Position numbers and translations under genes: made by a program. Under the pieces are notes generated by a model. The model saw only the letters and a program-made list of their open reading frames with translations. It did not search any database and had not been told where the DNA came from. A stretch of 64,000 nt of DNA from a bacterium (GTDB taxonomy: Bacteria > Patescibacteriota > Microgenomatia > UBA8517). Positions within the stretch are counted from its first letter, which is position 1, and every line of letters begins with the position of its first letter. Positions 36,765 through 46,803 of the stretch are shown one piece after another. The stretch is taken from positions 270,958 through 334,957 of the forward strand of contig CP129472.1 of assembly GCA_030583725.1 (NCBI GenBank). Direction: 5' to 3'.

Positions 36765-38016
36765 TTAATTTTAATTTACTCTTCTTAAATAAATTATATG
36801 ACAAAATAACTGACAAACCAGCTAGGGCTGAGTGGATCAGACTTTGTAAACCATATGGATCATATATTTTTTGTATAAATGTAAATGGAGTTGGTAACAA
36901 ATCAAACCATGTTGAGTAAATCCTAAATAGTGACAAAGTCATTGACCTGTCTGAATAAAACAGAGGAATAGAGATTGCCAGTACTGACCAAATAAATATA
37001 GGTATAGCTAGTTCTTTTCTTTTAACTGCAAGGATTACCAAAAAAGGAGCAATCCATAAAAGCCATGAAATATGGAAGTGGGAAAATGAAAACAGTATTA
37101 AAAGTATCGCAACAAAGTAGTGAAATAACTTTATTTTTGTGTCATTCAACCAACAATAGAAAAACAGTGCAGTGATTAAAAGAAGTCCCACAATTATAGA
37201 CTCGCCAAACCCTATTACAAAATTTGGGGTAAATATTCTAGTCGATAACCCTGACAAAAGTGCAGAATTGACAAAAGCCTTTGACCAAAAAGGAATTATA
37301 GAAACTACAAATATAGATAGTGGGACAATAACAGTTAGTATTCTTGTCTTAGTGCTCTTTGCCTTTAAAAACAAAAATGGCACAAATAACAAAGCATACA
37401 ACTTAAAGGAAATGGCAAGACCCAGAAACACGCTCGCCTTAATTAGTTTGTCAGTTTTTAGGTACAAGAGAGCAACTACTGTTAATAAAACAGCATACAT
37501 GTCGATATTTGAAAAGGCATAGATGAGTATTATTGTAAATGGATTAAACAACCACAACTCAAATGCTTTGTCACCATTTTCTGATCTTTTGAAAAACTTA
37601 AGTAACAGATAAGCAATGGAAATATCTAATATTAGGAGTGGTAATTTAAGCGTAATTAAGTATTTAAAAATGTTTGGGTTGTTAACAACAGTATTTGCAC
37701 CCGCGTCCATTATCCAGCTGCCAAAGTCACTACCTAAAACAGGCGAGATAATTGCCTGATAGGCTCCAATTGTAAAATATGTTAGAGGAAAATAAACAAA
37801 CTCTTCTTTTAATGGAAGACTTGACTTATTATCACTTAAATAATTATATATGTCAGTCACCCCAGACTTTAAAAATGAGGTTTGAAATGCAATTGTTTTT
37901 ACATCTGGATGAAACAAAAGTGCAGAAACTAGCAGACGCAATATAACGGCAGTTAAAAGCAATTTAATTTTCATTTTTTTTAATTCGGAAATAATAATAA
38001 ATATAATATACTGCAA
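36757..38016 (-). CDS. Polytopic membrane protein, GT-C-like (DUF2029/GT87-like), tandem paralog 1 of 2
   Basis: 419 aa with about 11 helices. ELWLFNPFTIILIY and GLAISFKLYALLFVPFLF are collinear with LWMINPINLYATY and GLGAGFKIFPLLFIVPLAF in the next gene. Confidence 0.5.
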   Translation of the reverse strand: MQYIIFIIISELKKMKIKLLLTAVILRLLVSALLFHPDVKTIAFQTSFLKSGVTDIYNYLSDNKSSLPLKEEFVYFPLTYFTIGAYQAIISPVLGSDFGSWIMDAGANTVVNNPNIFKYLITLKLPLLILDISIAYLLLKFFKRSENGDKAFELWLFNPFTIILIYAFSNIDMYAVLLTVVALLYLKTDKLIKASVFLGLAISFKLYALLFVPFLFLKAKSTKTRILTVIVPLSIFVVSIIPFWSKAFVNSALLSGLSTRIFTPNFVIGFGESIIVGLLLITALFFYCWLNDTKIKLFHYFVAILLILFSFSHFHISWLLWIAPFLVILAVKRKELAIPIFIWSVLAISIPLFYSDRSMTLSLFRIYSTWFDLLPTPFTFIQKIYDPYGLQSLIHSALAGLSVILSYNLFKKSKLKLNE

Positions 38017-39208
38017 TACCTACAAAAACAGAATGGAACAAACTACGCATCAAATTAACGTCTAGATTTAGTCCTAGTTGTGACCATATACCCGCTTGAC
38101 CATAAAGTGATGGGTTAATTGGGGCAAATAACCATATAGAAAGACCTGGGTCGAAAAAGGTAACCAACATTATAAAACTTATAAATATTCCTAGTAACAA
38201 CGGCCAATGTTTAAACTTTGAGACAACTAAGTCAATTATCAAAAATGGAGTTATCCATAGTAGCCACTGAGGGTGAGAATGGGTAAAGATGAAAAATATT
38301 AATAAAACAGAAAAGAATCTTTGCCACAAAAACTCGATGCGAGTTTTGTGGTAAAAATAAAAAATATAAAGGAAAATGACAGCTACTAAGAACAGAATAA
38401 CAGACTGGCCACCCGACACAGGAATTTGAGCGTAAAAACTTTTGGTAGTTTGACTAGCTAAAAGTGCAGTTTTCCTAAATCCTTCAGACATTATAAACGG
38501 ATAAGCAAATAAAGCATATGTTATTCCAGACGTAAACAAGATTTTTATTCTTTCCCACCAACTTTGCTTAAAAAAAGCTAGAGGAACTATAAAAAGTAAT
38601 GGAAATATTTTAAATCCTGCACCTAGACCCAGTAAGATTGCGCTTAAGGTTAAGTTGTCTTTCTTGATTGCATAATACAATGCAGCGACGCTTAAAAAGG
38701 TTGGGATAATATCAAATTGTCCAACCATATAGGTTGCATACAGATTTATGGGGTTTATCATCCATAGTCCAAAAACAATGATCTTTTCCTTTCTTTCTTT
38801 AAAGAATGTCATCAAGATGAAAGCTACTGCTATGTCAAAAATAAAGTAGGGAAGTTTTAACAAAAACAACAATAAATTAAGTTGAACATTACCCAGCGTG
38901 GACTCAAAATCAAGTATAAAAGCTGTATGGACGCCACTATCAACTATCCAAGTAGTTAATAGTGAGGCACCTCCTAAGAAAAAGTAGGGTAATGGTGGAT
39001 AGTTAAATAGGTGTCTAGGGTAAATTGAAAGATAAGGATGATCTTCTGGCAAATCCCAGAGATAATCGTAAAAATTAGTAACATTACCACCACCAATTAC
39101 TTTTCCTGCGAAATCAAATACTGGGGTATCTGAATGGTAAGTAGTGGAAGCTAAAAATATACGCAACAAAATCCCAACTGTTAAAATTATTAACACAATT
39201 CTATTCAT
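37964..39208 (-). CDS. Polytopic membrane protein, GT-C-like (DUF2029/GT87-like), tandem paralog 2 of 2
   Basis: 414 aa. See previous feature. Confidence 0.5.
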   Translation of the reverse strand: MNRIVLIILTVGILLRIFLASTTYHSDTPVFDFAGKVIGGGNVTNFYDYLWDLPEDHPYLSIYPRHLFNYPPLPYFFLGGASLLTTWIVDSGVHTAFILDFESTLGNVQLNLLLFLLKLPYFIFDIAVAFILMTFFKERKEKIIVFGLWMINPINLYATYMVGQFDIIPTFLSVAALYYAIKKDNLTLSAILLGLGAGFKIFPLLFIVPLAFFKQSWWERIKILFTSGITYALFAYPFIMSEGFRKTALLASQTTKSFYAQIPVSGGQSVILFLVAVIFLYIFYFYHKTRIEFLWQRFFSVLLIFFIFTHSHPQWLLWITPFLIIDLVVSKFKHWPLLLGIFISFIMLVTFFDPGLSIWLFAPINPSLYGQAGIWSQLGLNLDVNLMRSLFHSVFVGIAVYYIYYYFRIKKNEN

Positions 39209-40866
39209 TTTTTATATATTAAGTAGATTGATACTCCCAAGGCCATTAATGAAACTATATCAAAAACAAGTCTTGTTGGCGACTCTCTATATTTTATTTC
39301 TACAATATGCTCCCCACTGGGGACCAAAAATGAAATTTGACCATATGGTTTACCTGACAGAATATTAACTCTTTGGCCATCTATATCTGCAATCCAACCT
39401 GGATAGTTATACTTTGAGTAATTTAAAACAAAATCAATCTGGCTGCTTGTGGTAATGCTTGCATCCAGTGCATTTAGCTCTTGTATAGTAAGCTCTACTT
39501 CCTCACTTTCGGTGTAAGCCCTAGGATAATTCTTATTAGGTCTTATCTCATTTTCTTTAGGAAGCCGCAAATATTCCTCTCCTGTTTTTTTGTATTCTTC
39601 ACTTGCAGTAGGATATGGAATAAATCTATTTATATAATAGTCATCTGTCCTACCTAAATATTCACTGGTTTTAAAATAATTAAAGTTAAAAACAATTGCT
39701 CCAGCTATTATTACAATTGGTAAAAACCTTAAACTCTTAAATTTTGATAAAACTATTATAAAAATTGGACTAACCAATGTTATCATAGCCAAAAACCTCC
39801 AAGGAAATTGAAAGTAAGGTAATAGGGGAATGCTCCTCCATAAAAAGGCAGATCTATGATTCATCATAAATACACTAACCAGCACAACAAAGAATGACCA
39901 GCCAATAAATACTTTCTCACTTTTAGAAAATTTTTTGTTCTTTATAAAGAATAAGATTGTTCCAAGTGCAATTGTCACCAACCCAACAAGACCAACATAA
40001 AAAGACATTGTGTCATAGGGTCCCGGTACTGAAGCACCATAACCCCAATAAGGAGTAATAAATTGTTTTAAAGTCGGGTAGTGATCATAGAAGTTAAAAA
40101 CAGTATCATACTTCATTAACCTACTTTCAAAAATAGCTGGAACCCAAAAATAACTTGAAATTAGCAGACCAATAATTAAACCCTTAAAGCTACTCAAAAT
40201 TGCGTATCTTTTGTCCTTAACTAACCAATAAATTCTCATGGCAATAAACACTAATAGGAATGGTGTAAACATATACGCCATAATATTGTGCGACAGAATA
40301 AGTCCAGCAGTTCCCAAGCCCGCAATCCCCAACCACTTTAGTGATCTTTTTTCACTTGTCAGTTTTATATAAGACATTAAAATTAATGGAAAGAAAATAA
40401 AGGCAACAATCTCCCCTATCGTCCCCCGCACAAAAAGCTCAAGGGCCCGATATGGAGCATAGACATATAAAACTGCACCTGCTAATGAGAAATCCTCTTT
40501 CATATAAATCCTAAAAAGCTTATATGCAAAAACCATTGATAATGGGATTGATAACCCAAACACCAACTTAATACTATTTACTAGCGAAAAACCAACTAAA
40601 TGGAAAATCTCTGCTACATAAAACGGTAGTGGGTAGACAAAAGTAAAAAGTGGGTAACCAAAACCAAAAGAAAGATCAGGGACAAATCTGGGTGGAAACT
40701 GCAAACTCCTAACAACTCTATCCATTTCAAAAAGCCAACCAATATGAAGGTCATCTGAAACTCCAAAATACCCATCCACAAAAAGATATCTGACGGCAGG
40801 CAAAGAAAGTAAAATTATCACCAAATATGTATATCTTGAAATAAACATTTGGAATGACTGTATCAT
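39205..40866 (-). CDS. Polytopic membrane protein resembling the PTPS-related (6-pyruvoyl-tetrahydropterin-synthase-related, PF10131-like) putative GT-C family, tandem paralog 1 of 3
   Basis: 553 aa. The N-terminal block SDDLHIGWLFEMDRVV..FPPRFVPDLSFGFGYPLFTFVYPLPFYVAEIF matches, in my recollection, the family signature (D.L....R......FP.RWVPD...GYGYP.FNFYPPLPYY). C-terminal extracytoplasmic domain. Confidence 0.55.
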   Translation of the reverse strand: MIQSFQMFISRYTYLVIILLSLPAVRYLFVDGYFGVSDDLHIGWLFEMDRVVRSLQFPPRFVPDLSFGFGYPLFTFVYPLPFYVAEIFHLVGFSLVNSIKLVFGLSIPLSMVFAYKLFRIYMKEDFSLAGAVLYVYAPYRALELFVRGTIGEIVAFIFFPLILMSYIKLTSEKRSLKWLGIAGLGTAGLILSHNIMAYMFTPFLLVFIAMRIYWLVKDKRYAILSSFKGLIIGLLISSYFWVPAIFESRLMKYDTVFNFYDHYPTLKQFITPYWGYGASVPGPYDTMSFYVGLVGLVTIALGTILFFIKNKKFSKSEKVFIGWSFFVVLVSVFMMNHRSAFLWRSIPLLPYFQFPWRFLAMITLVSPIFIIVLSKFKSLRFLPIVIIAGAIVFNFNYFKTSEYLGRTDDYYINRFIPYPTASEEYKKTGEEYLRLPKENEIRPNKNYPRAYTESEEVELTIQELNALDASITTSSQIDFVLNYSKYNYPGWIADIDGQRVNILSGKPYGQISFLVPSGEHIVEIKYRESPTRLVFDIVSLMALGVSIYLIYKK

Positions 40867-42485
40867 TGTTTTCTTTTTTTCCGTAATACTATTAATCCTA
40901 CAAAACTTATAATTGATATTAAGTTCGATACTGCCCTAACTGGTGTGTTGTTAAATCTACCTTCTACTTCATAGTTTCCCTTATCTAGACTGATTGAAAT
41001 CCTACCCAATAAATTATCATCTGAAATTGGATGTTTTACGCCATTTACTTTTACACTCCAATTAGGAAAATAAAAAATAGGCATATGTATTTCTGTTTTA
41101 TCTAAAACCTCAATATTAAAATTAAAACTATTTGAGCGATTTATATAATTATCAATCTCCGCCTCGCCAGTTATGATAAGTGGTAAGTCAGGTGCTTTCT
41201 CCCTCGGCTCTAGTGCAGTTTCTGGTAGATAGTCTAAAAGCGCACCCCTTGTTTGTTGTTCCCAAAGTTCACCAGACACTTTTTGTGATTCACTAATTGG
41301 ATAAAATTCTTTTGGACGAAAGTAGCCCCAATTTAATAAAATCGTAATAATTATAATAAAAACACTTAAATACTTTTTCCATTTATCATTAACCAAGAAC
41401 ACAACAAAACCACCCAATATAGACGCTGTTAATATTGATAAAGATAGAAATCTCCAAGGGAACTGAAAATACTTTAGTATGCTAAAAGACTCCCAAATAA
41501 AGGTTGATTTATTATGTGTCATAAAGACTGACATTAAAAACAACACAAAAATACTAACGACCAATATTATATTGTGTTTTTTAACTCTGTTTAAAAATAT
41601 AAAAATTAAAGATAGAACAGCAAGTATCCAATATGGCCATCCTACTTGAAAATTCATTCCACCCTCAGGACCTGGTATAGAAGTACCATAACCCCAAGAT
41701 CTATCCAAAAACAACTGCCTTAGGCCTACAAAGTTGGCCCTGTAATCAAGCTCAAAACGAGTCAGGCTTTCGGTCTGGACAAGATCTTTTTCAATAAAGG
41801 CAGGAATAGTAAAAAAAGCAGATAAACCAAAGGCTATAAAAAAGGATATCGTAATTACTTTCAGGTTTTTTAAATTACTTGTTAAAAGCAAGTATACTGC
41901 CAATAAACCTACAATTGGGACAAAAATAACAGTCATAATATTGTGAGTTATTAAAAATAGGAAAAAAGTTAAAGAAAAAAGAAAATATTTCTTTCTAATT
42001 AAAAAATATAAAACAAAAGGAATGATTGTAAGTGCCATTCCCTCACCCAACGCACCTCTAACATATATATCAAGTGCCTTATATGGTGCAAACATATAAA
42101 GAACAGCCGAAGTCAAACCTGCGTACTTGCCCCACAACTCCTTGACCAAAAGATACATACCGAAACTCCCAGCAGTAAGGCTTATGAAAAAAAGTATTTT
42201 GGCTGAAATTAAGTATCCCACCAGATAACTAATAAGTGCCCCAAGATAATAGGTGGATACACCATAGAAATTAAAAAGTGGATAACCATTTCCCCAACCC
42301 ATATCAGGTACCCAACGGCAGGGAATTTGAAAATCTGAAAAACATTTTCGCATTTCAACAAGTCTTATGATTTGAAGGTCATCTTGATGCGAGAAATAAC
42401 CACTTTTAAAAAGTGGCCAAGAGATTGAAAGTCCTAGAATAAAAATTAAAATAATTTGCCAATTTCTTTTTAAATAGTTAATCAT
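40863..42485 (-). CDS. PTPS-related-like polytopic membrane protein, tandem paralog 2 of 3
   Basis: 540 aa. SHQDDLQIIRLVEMRKCFSDFQIPCRWVPDMGWGNGYPLFNFYGVSTYYLGAL. Confidence 0.55.
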   Translation of the reverse strand: MINYLKRNWQIILIFILGLSISWPLFKSGYFSHQDDLQIIRLVEMRKCFSDFQIPCRWVPDMGWGNGYPLFNFYGVSTYYLGALISYLVGYLISAKILFFISLTAGSFGMYLLVKELWGKYAGLTSAVLYMFAPYKALDIYVRGALGEGMALTIIPFVLYFLIRKKYFLFSLTFFLFLITHNIMTVIFVPIVGLLAVYLLLTSNLKNLKVITISFFIAFGLSAFFTIPAFIEKDLVQTESLTRFELDYRANFVGLRQLFLDRSWGYGTSIPGPEGGMNFQVGWPYWILAVLSLIFIFLNRVKKHNIILVVSIFVLFLMSVFMTHNKSTFIWESFSILKYFQFPWRFLSLSILTASILGGFVVFLVNDKWKKYLSVFIIIITILLNWGYFRPKEFYPISESQKVSGELWEQQTRGALLDYLPETALEPREKAPDLPLIITGEAEIDNYINRSNSFNFNIEVLDKTEIHMPIFYFPNWSVKVNGVKHPISDDNLLGRISISLDKGNYEVEGRFNNTPVRAVSNLISIISFVGLIVLRKKRKQ

Positions 42486-44148
42486 GTTTTTTTCTCACCA
42501 AAAGGAAGGCTATAACAATCATACCTAATATTGTTAAGTAATTGCCAATTTTTCTAATTGGAGTATCCAGTAACCTTACTTCTACATCATAATCACCAAT
42601 AGGTAAGTCAATTGAAATTAGTCCATAACAAAAATCATGCCCCCTACAATCATTGTTGTAATGCTCAACCTTTTCTCCATTAACTTTTACGGTCATTCCA
42701 GGAAAGTCAAAAAGAGGAAACCTAATTGATGCGTCTTCAGTAATATTAATTGTTCCATATTGGAAATCACTTCCCTTTTTGTATCCTATTACTTCAGCCT
42801 TGCCATCCATAATCTCAGGTAATTTTGGAGCTTCATTTATCGGAGGAAGAATGGAATAAATAGGTAAATAATCAAAAATAGATATTGTCATTTGTTTTTG
42901 CCAACTAACACCTGAAAATTTGTCGGTATCTGTTATGTATAACCAATCTTTAGGAACGAAAAATGAAAGATTGGTAACTATTGCCACAGTGACAACCAAA
43001 ACACCAATTACATATTTTGATTTTTTAAAGTAAAGAATAAAAATTCCTGAAAGTAAACAGAGTAAAAATATACTTAAGGCTAAAAATCTCCAAGGGAATT
43101 GCATATACCAAAGAAAAGGAAGCTCGGACCATATAAAACTTGATTTCATATGCATCATAAAGATACTTGCCAGAGACAAGAACCCCAACCCAATAACTAA
43201 CAATGACTTTTTTTTGTCTTTCTTAAAATTAACTAGTGCCAAAACTACTGCTACTATACCAATTAACCATTGTATGATCCCAAGGGACAAGTTTAATTTC
43301 TCATCGGGAAATCCCGACGAACCATAACCCCATTCCGTCGAAAAGAAAAGTTTATGTAAACTAACAAAATGAGCTCTATAGTCAAAGTACCCTGATAACA
43401 TACTTTCTATGTGCACAAACTTTCTTTCAAAGGCTACTGGTAATAGATAAAAAGCTGATAGCAAAAAACCGATCAACCCACTCCAAACTACATTTAACAA
43501 ATTGTTCCATTTTTCATCCCATAACCAATAAACTGCCCACAGAATGGCTGCGGGCGCAAAGATCATGGTCATTAATGTATGTGTTAGTGCAAGTAATGCA
43601 ATTGAAACTGCAAGTATTATTAAATATTTTTGTTTGCCGGTTTTAATCAGTTTGTAAATAAACAAAAAGATCAACGGGAAAAATATTTGAGCCCAAAACT
43701 CACTTAATGCCCCCCTGACATAGACCTCAACAGCTTTGTAGGGTATATAGGTATAAACAACAGCAGACACAAAACCCGCCCACTTGCTTTTAAATAAGGA
43801 GCTGACTAAAACAAACATTGTAAGTGCTGAGAGTATGTAGCCTGCAACAAACAATATTTTTACACTGTCTATATATTGAAAACCTACTCTATGAAGTAGA
43901 GCTCCTACATAGTATGGCAGTGGTGGATAGTAATTAAACTGAGGATAACCATAGCCATACCCACCATCTGGAACCCAACGACATGGTATTTGGTAGTCTT
44001 CAAGACATTTATCTAGCTGTTGAATCCTAAAAGCTTGCAAGTCATCCTGCATTGAAAAAAATCCCGGTCTTAACAGATTCCAAAACGTTGGAATTGTAAA
44101 AATAATGACTAACACAATCCAAAGTATATTATTTTTGATGAAGGTCAT
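42478..44148 (-). CDS. PTPS-related-like polytopic membrane protein, tandem paralog 3 of 3
   Basis: 556 aa. SMQDDLQAFRIQQLDKCLEDYQIPCRWVPDGGYGYGYPQFNYYPPLPYYVGAL. Confidence 0.55.
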   Translation of the reverse strand: MTFIKNNILWIVLVIIFTIPTFWNLLRPGFFSMQDDLQAFRIQQLDKCLEDYQIPCRWVPDGGYGYGYPQFNYYPPLPYYVGALLHRVGFQYIDSVKILFVAGYILSALTMFVLVSSLFKSKWAGFVSAVVYTYIPYKAVEVYVRGALSEFWAQIFFPLIFLFIYKLIKTGKQKYLIILAVSIALLALTHTLMTMIFAPAAILWAVYWLWDEKWNNLLNVVWSGLIGFLLSAFYLLPVAFERKFVHIESMLSGYFDYRAHFVSLHKLFFSTEWGYGSSGFPDEKLNLSLGIIQWLIGIVAVVLALVNFKKDKKKSLLVIGLGFLSLASIFMMHMKSSFIWSELPFLWYMQFPWRFLALSIFLLCLLSGIFILYFKKSKYVIGVLVVTVAIVTNLSFFVPKDWLYITDTDKFSGVSWQKQMTISIFDYLPIYSILPPINEAPKLPEIMDGKAEVIGYKKGSDFQYGTINITEDASIRFPLFDFPGMTVKVNGEKVEHYNNDCRGHDFCYGLISIDLPIGDYDVEVRLLDTPIRKIGNYLTILGMIVIAFLLVRKKHD

Positions 44149-44165
44149 ATTATTTAGATAAAACT

Positions 44166-45068
44166 TTAAAGATTAAACTTGGCAAATATTGCTTCGTCGG
44201 AAACGATAGACTCCTTAATCTCTTTTTTCCTAGCTCTTAGGGCAATAGGCAACCTTAATAAGGCCATAAAAATTATTATGAAGTATCCGGGGTGTCTAAG
44301 TGCCCTTGTTATAATTGCAATAACGTGGTTTTGTATCATTTTATTACTTTGTATATTTTTCCAGAGCATTAATAACTGATTACGTTCTTTTACTCTGGCT
44401 ACATACTTTTTTGGAAACTTTGAAATTGTTGACTCATGCTTATGAACCACTTTTCCGTTAGGTTCCCAAACGTTTAGATATCCTCTTTTCCATGCCCTGT
44501 AACAAAGATCGATATCTTCCCAATAGAATGGGGATAACAGTTTTTCGTCCATTCCACCCAATTCCTTCCAAATACTTTTTCTAAAAACACCGCTTCCACC
44601 GCTAACATAGAAGCTTATATGAGACTCCTTTGTTTCCTTTGTCATCCCCAGCTGAATATATCCTTCAGAAAAGTAACCCCTGGCGCCCCCATATCCTTCT
44701 TCGTGTGTAGAAACAGCAAAAACCTTTAGATTTTCAAAATGCGGTAACACTGGCTCTAAAAAATTTGGTTCTGGAATAACGTCTGTGTTTATTAAAAGTA
44801 TCAAATCTCCCTTACTCGCTCGGACACCAGTATTTACAGCAGCCGAGAAACCCCTGTTCTTAGTATGCTTTATTAGCTTAACCTTATCCCCATATTCTTT
44901 ATTTAAGAAAACAACACTGTCGTCCCAACTACCGTCGTCAACCACTATTACCTCTAAAATGTGATTATTAGGATTATCTACTGCTTTAAAAAGTGCTGGA
45001 AAGTTTTTCTCCATTATCGTCTTACCGTTAATATTTGGCATTACCACTGATACTGTTAATTTTTTCAT
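44166..45068 (-). CDS. Glycosyltransferase family 2
   Basis: 300 aa. VSVVMPNINGKTI ... VIVVDDGSWDDS ... INTDVIP. Rhamnosyltransferase-like GT-A layout. Confidence 0.85.
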   Translation of the reverse strand: MKKLTVSVVMPNINGKTIMEKNFPALFKAVDNPNNHILEVIVVDDGSWDDSVVFLNKEYGDKVKLIKHTKNRGFSAAVNTGVRASKGDLILLINTDVIPEPNFLEPVLPHFENLKVFAVSTHEEGYGGARGYFSEGYIQLGMTKETKESHISFYVSGGSGVFRKSIWKELGGMDEKLLSPFYWEDIDLCYRAWKRGYLNVWEPNGKVVHKHESTISKFPKKYVARVKERNQLLMLWKNIQSNKMIQNHVIAIITRALRHPGYFIIIFMALLRLPIALRARKKEIKESIVSDEAIFAKFNL

Positions 45069-45070
45069 AG

Positions 45071-45715
45071 TTATTTTCTAACCTTTACTAAGTGTAACAT
45101 TCCTAAGTTAAATTTTTTATCAAGTTCCACTTTAAATCCAGCCTTTTTACATAAAACCGGCAAATAGTTATCTCTATAGGTTTGTATGTGTGTCTCTTTC
45201 CAAACCCAACCTCTGGGATAAAAATTAAGCCATAGCCACCAAACAACCTTAAACAAATCATTGTCAGAAGGAACCAAGAACATTGCATAACCTCCTTTTT
45301 TAAGAACTCTTTTAACATCTTGCAAAACTTTTAAAGGATCTTCAACGTGCTCTAAGACTTCCATTATAAATACAGCATCAAAAGAATTGCTTTTAAACTT
45401 TAGGTTGTGAGCGTCTCCAACAATAAACTTTAATTTTTTATTTTTCTTCCAATGTTTTTTGGCCCAGTCAACTGAAGTCTTAACCACATCAATTGCAGTT
45501 AGTTTTTTTGCGTTTGTTGCCTTAAAAATTACATTTGTGAATACTCCATCTGCACAACCAATATCTAAAACATCATCTGCTTTTTCTGCATATTTTTTGA
45601 TAGCTTCAAATCGTGTTGTGTGCCAGTATCTTTGAAGTAAATCTTTCTTCAATGACTGATGATACCAATTTGCAGGTACGTGTTCATGTAGTTCTAGTGC
45701 TTTACTTTTTTTCAT
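45071..45715 (-). CDS. Class I SAM-dependent methyltransferase
   Basis: 214 aa. VLDIGCADGVFT (motif I) ... FDAVFIMEVLEHVEDP ... KGGYAMFLVP. Confidence 0.85.
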   Translation of the reverse strand: MKKSKALELHEHVPANWYHQSLKKDLLQRYWHTTRFEAIKKYAEKADDVLDIGCADGVFTNVIFKATNAKKLTAIDVVKTSVDWAKKHWKKNKKLKFIVGDAHNLKFKSNSFDAVFIMEVLEHVEDPLKVLQDVKRVLKKGGYAMFLVPSDNDLFKVVWWLWLNFYPRGWVWKETHIQTYRDNYLPVLCKKAGFKVELDKKFNLGMLHLVKVRK

Positions 45716-46803
45716 AAAATTTCTTCTATATTTTTCTTAAAAACTTCTTTGCCAAAATTTTGACTACTAATTTTTGCGGACTTAGACAGTTTACTCAATA
45801 AACCTTTTTCATTGATTAGCTTTGTAGTTAAATCCAAAAGGTCTTGTTCATTGTGCCATAAATATCCATTTTTACCACTACTAACTATTTCCAAATGTCC
45901 ACCATTTGAGGTAATAACTGGAACCACTCCAGCACTCATAGCTTCAACGACTGTCATCCCAAAGTGTTCTACTTTCTCAGGATTTTTGTTTTGATCTACA
46001 CCAAAACCAGATGCTGACCAAAATATTTTTGCTTTTCCATAAAGAGCCTGTAGTTCTTTAAATTTTGGACTTTCAACTATCTCAATTGGATAGTTATCAA
46101 CCATTAACTTCAGTTTGTATAACAATTCACTTGATCCAACCTCTACACCACCAGCTAACACCAATTTCCATGACTTATTTCCATAATCTTTAGAACTTTT
46201 AAAATCGTAAAGCTTTTTAAAAGTATTAACTAAAACGTCCTGCCCTTTTGACTGCAATAAACTTGAGAACCTACCCACATAAAGAATGATATTTTCTTTT
46301 CTCTTGGGATTAAACAATCTTGTCTCAATTGGTGGATATAAAACAATTGAATCAACACCGTATTCTTTATCTATTACGCTTTTTGTAAACCTTGAGTTAC
46401 AGATAACATCATTAATTCTAAAAAGTTTCATTTTATTTAAGAGAGACGATCCGTTTACATTTTTAAACGGAACCTGGAAATGAAGTATATTTTTTCTGGC
46501 ATTTAAAGTTGGGATACTACCATCACTAACCCAAAAACAAATATCATAGTCTTTACCTTTTTTAATATCTTCAACAACTTTTATATTTTGAGGAACCTTG
46601 ACGCCAAAACGATTGGATATTTTTTTAAGAATTTCACCATTTTTCCACTCAATGTCAACGTTGTAACCTATTTCAGACAGCACTCTGCAAAATTCAATAG
46701 TGTATCTCTCACCACCACCTAGGGTGTCTAGATATGGATTATAAATTGCAGCCTTCATTTTATTTTTTTTAAAATTTATTTTTGTGCTATTTGCATTTCC
46801 CAT
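45712..46803 (-). CDS. Glycosyltransferase family 4 (GT-B)
   Basis: 363 aa. EHFGMTVVEAMSAGVVPV gives the E-x7-E motif. Confidence 0.85.
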   Translation of the reverse strand: MGNANSTKINFKKNKMKAAIYNPYLDTLGGGERYTIEFCRVLSEIGYNVDIEWKNGEILKKISNRFGVKVPQNIKVVEDIKKGKDYDICFWVSDGSIPTLNARKNILHFQVPFKNVNGSSLLNKMKLFRINDVICNSRFTKSVIDKEYGVDSIVLYPPIETRLFNPKRKENIILYVGRFSSLLQSKGQDVLVNTFKKLYDFKSSKDYGNKSWKLVLAGGVEVGSSELLYKLKLMVDNYPIEIVESPKFKELQALYGKAKIFWSASGFGVDQNKNPEKVEHFGMTVVEAMSAGVVPVITSNGGHLEIVSSGKNGYLWHNEQDLLDLTTKLINEKGLLSKLSKSAKISSQNFGKEVFKKNIEEIL

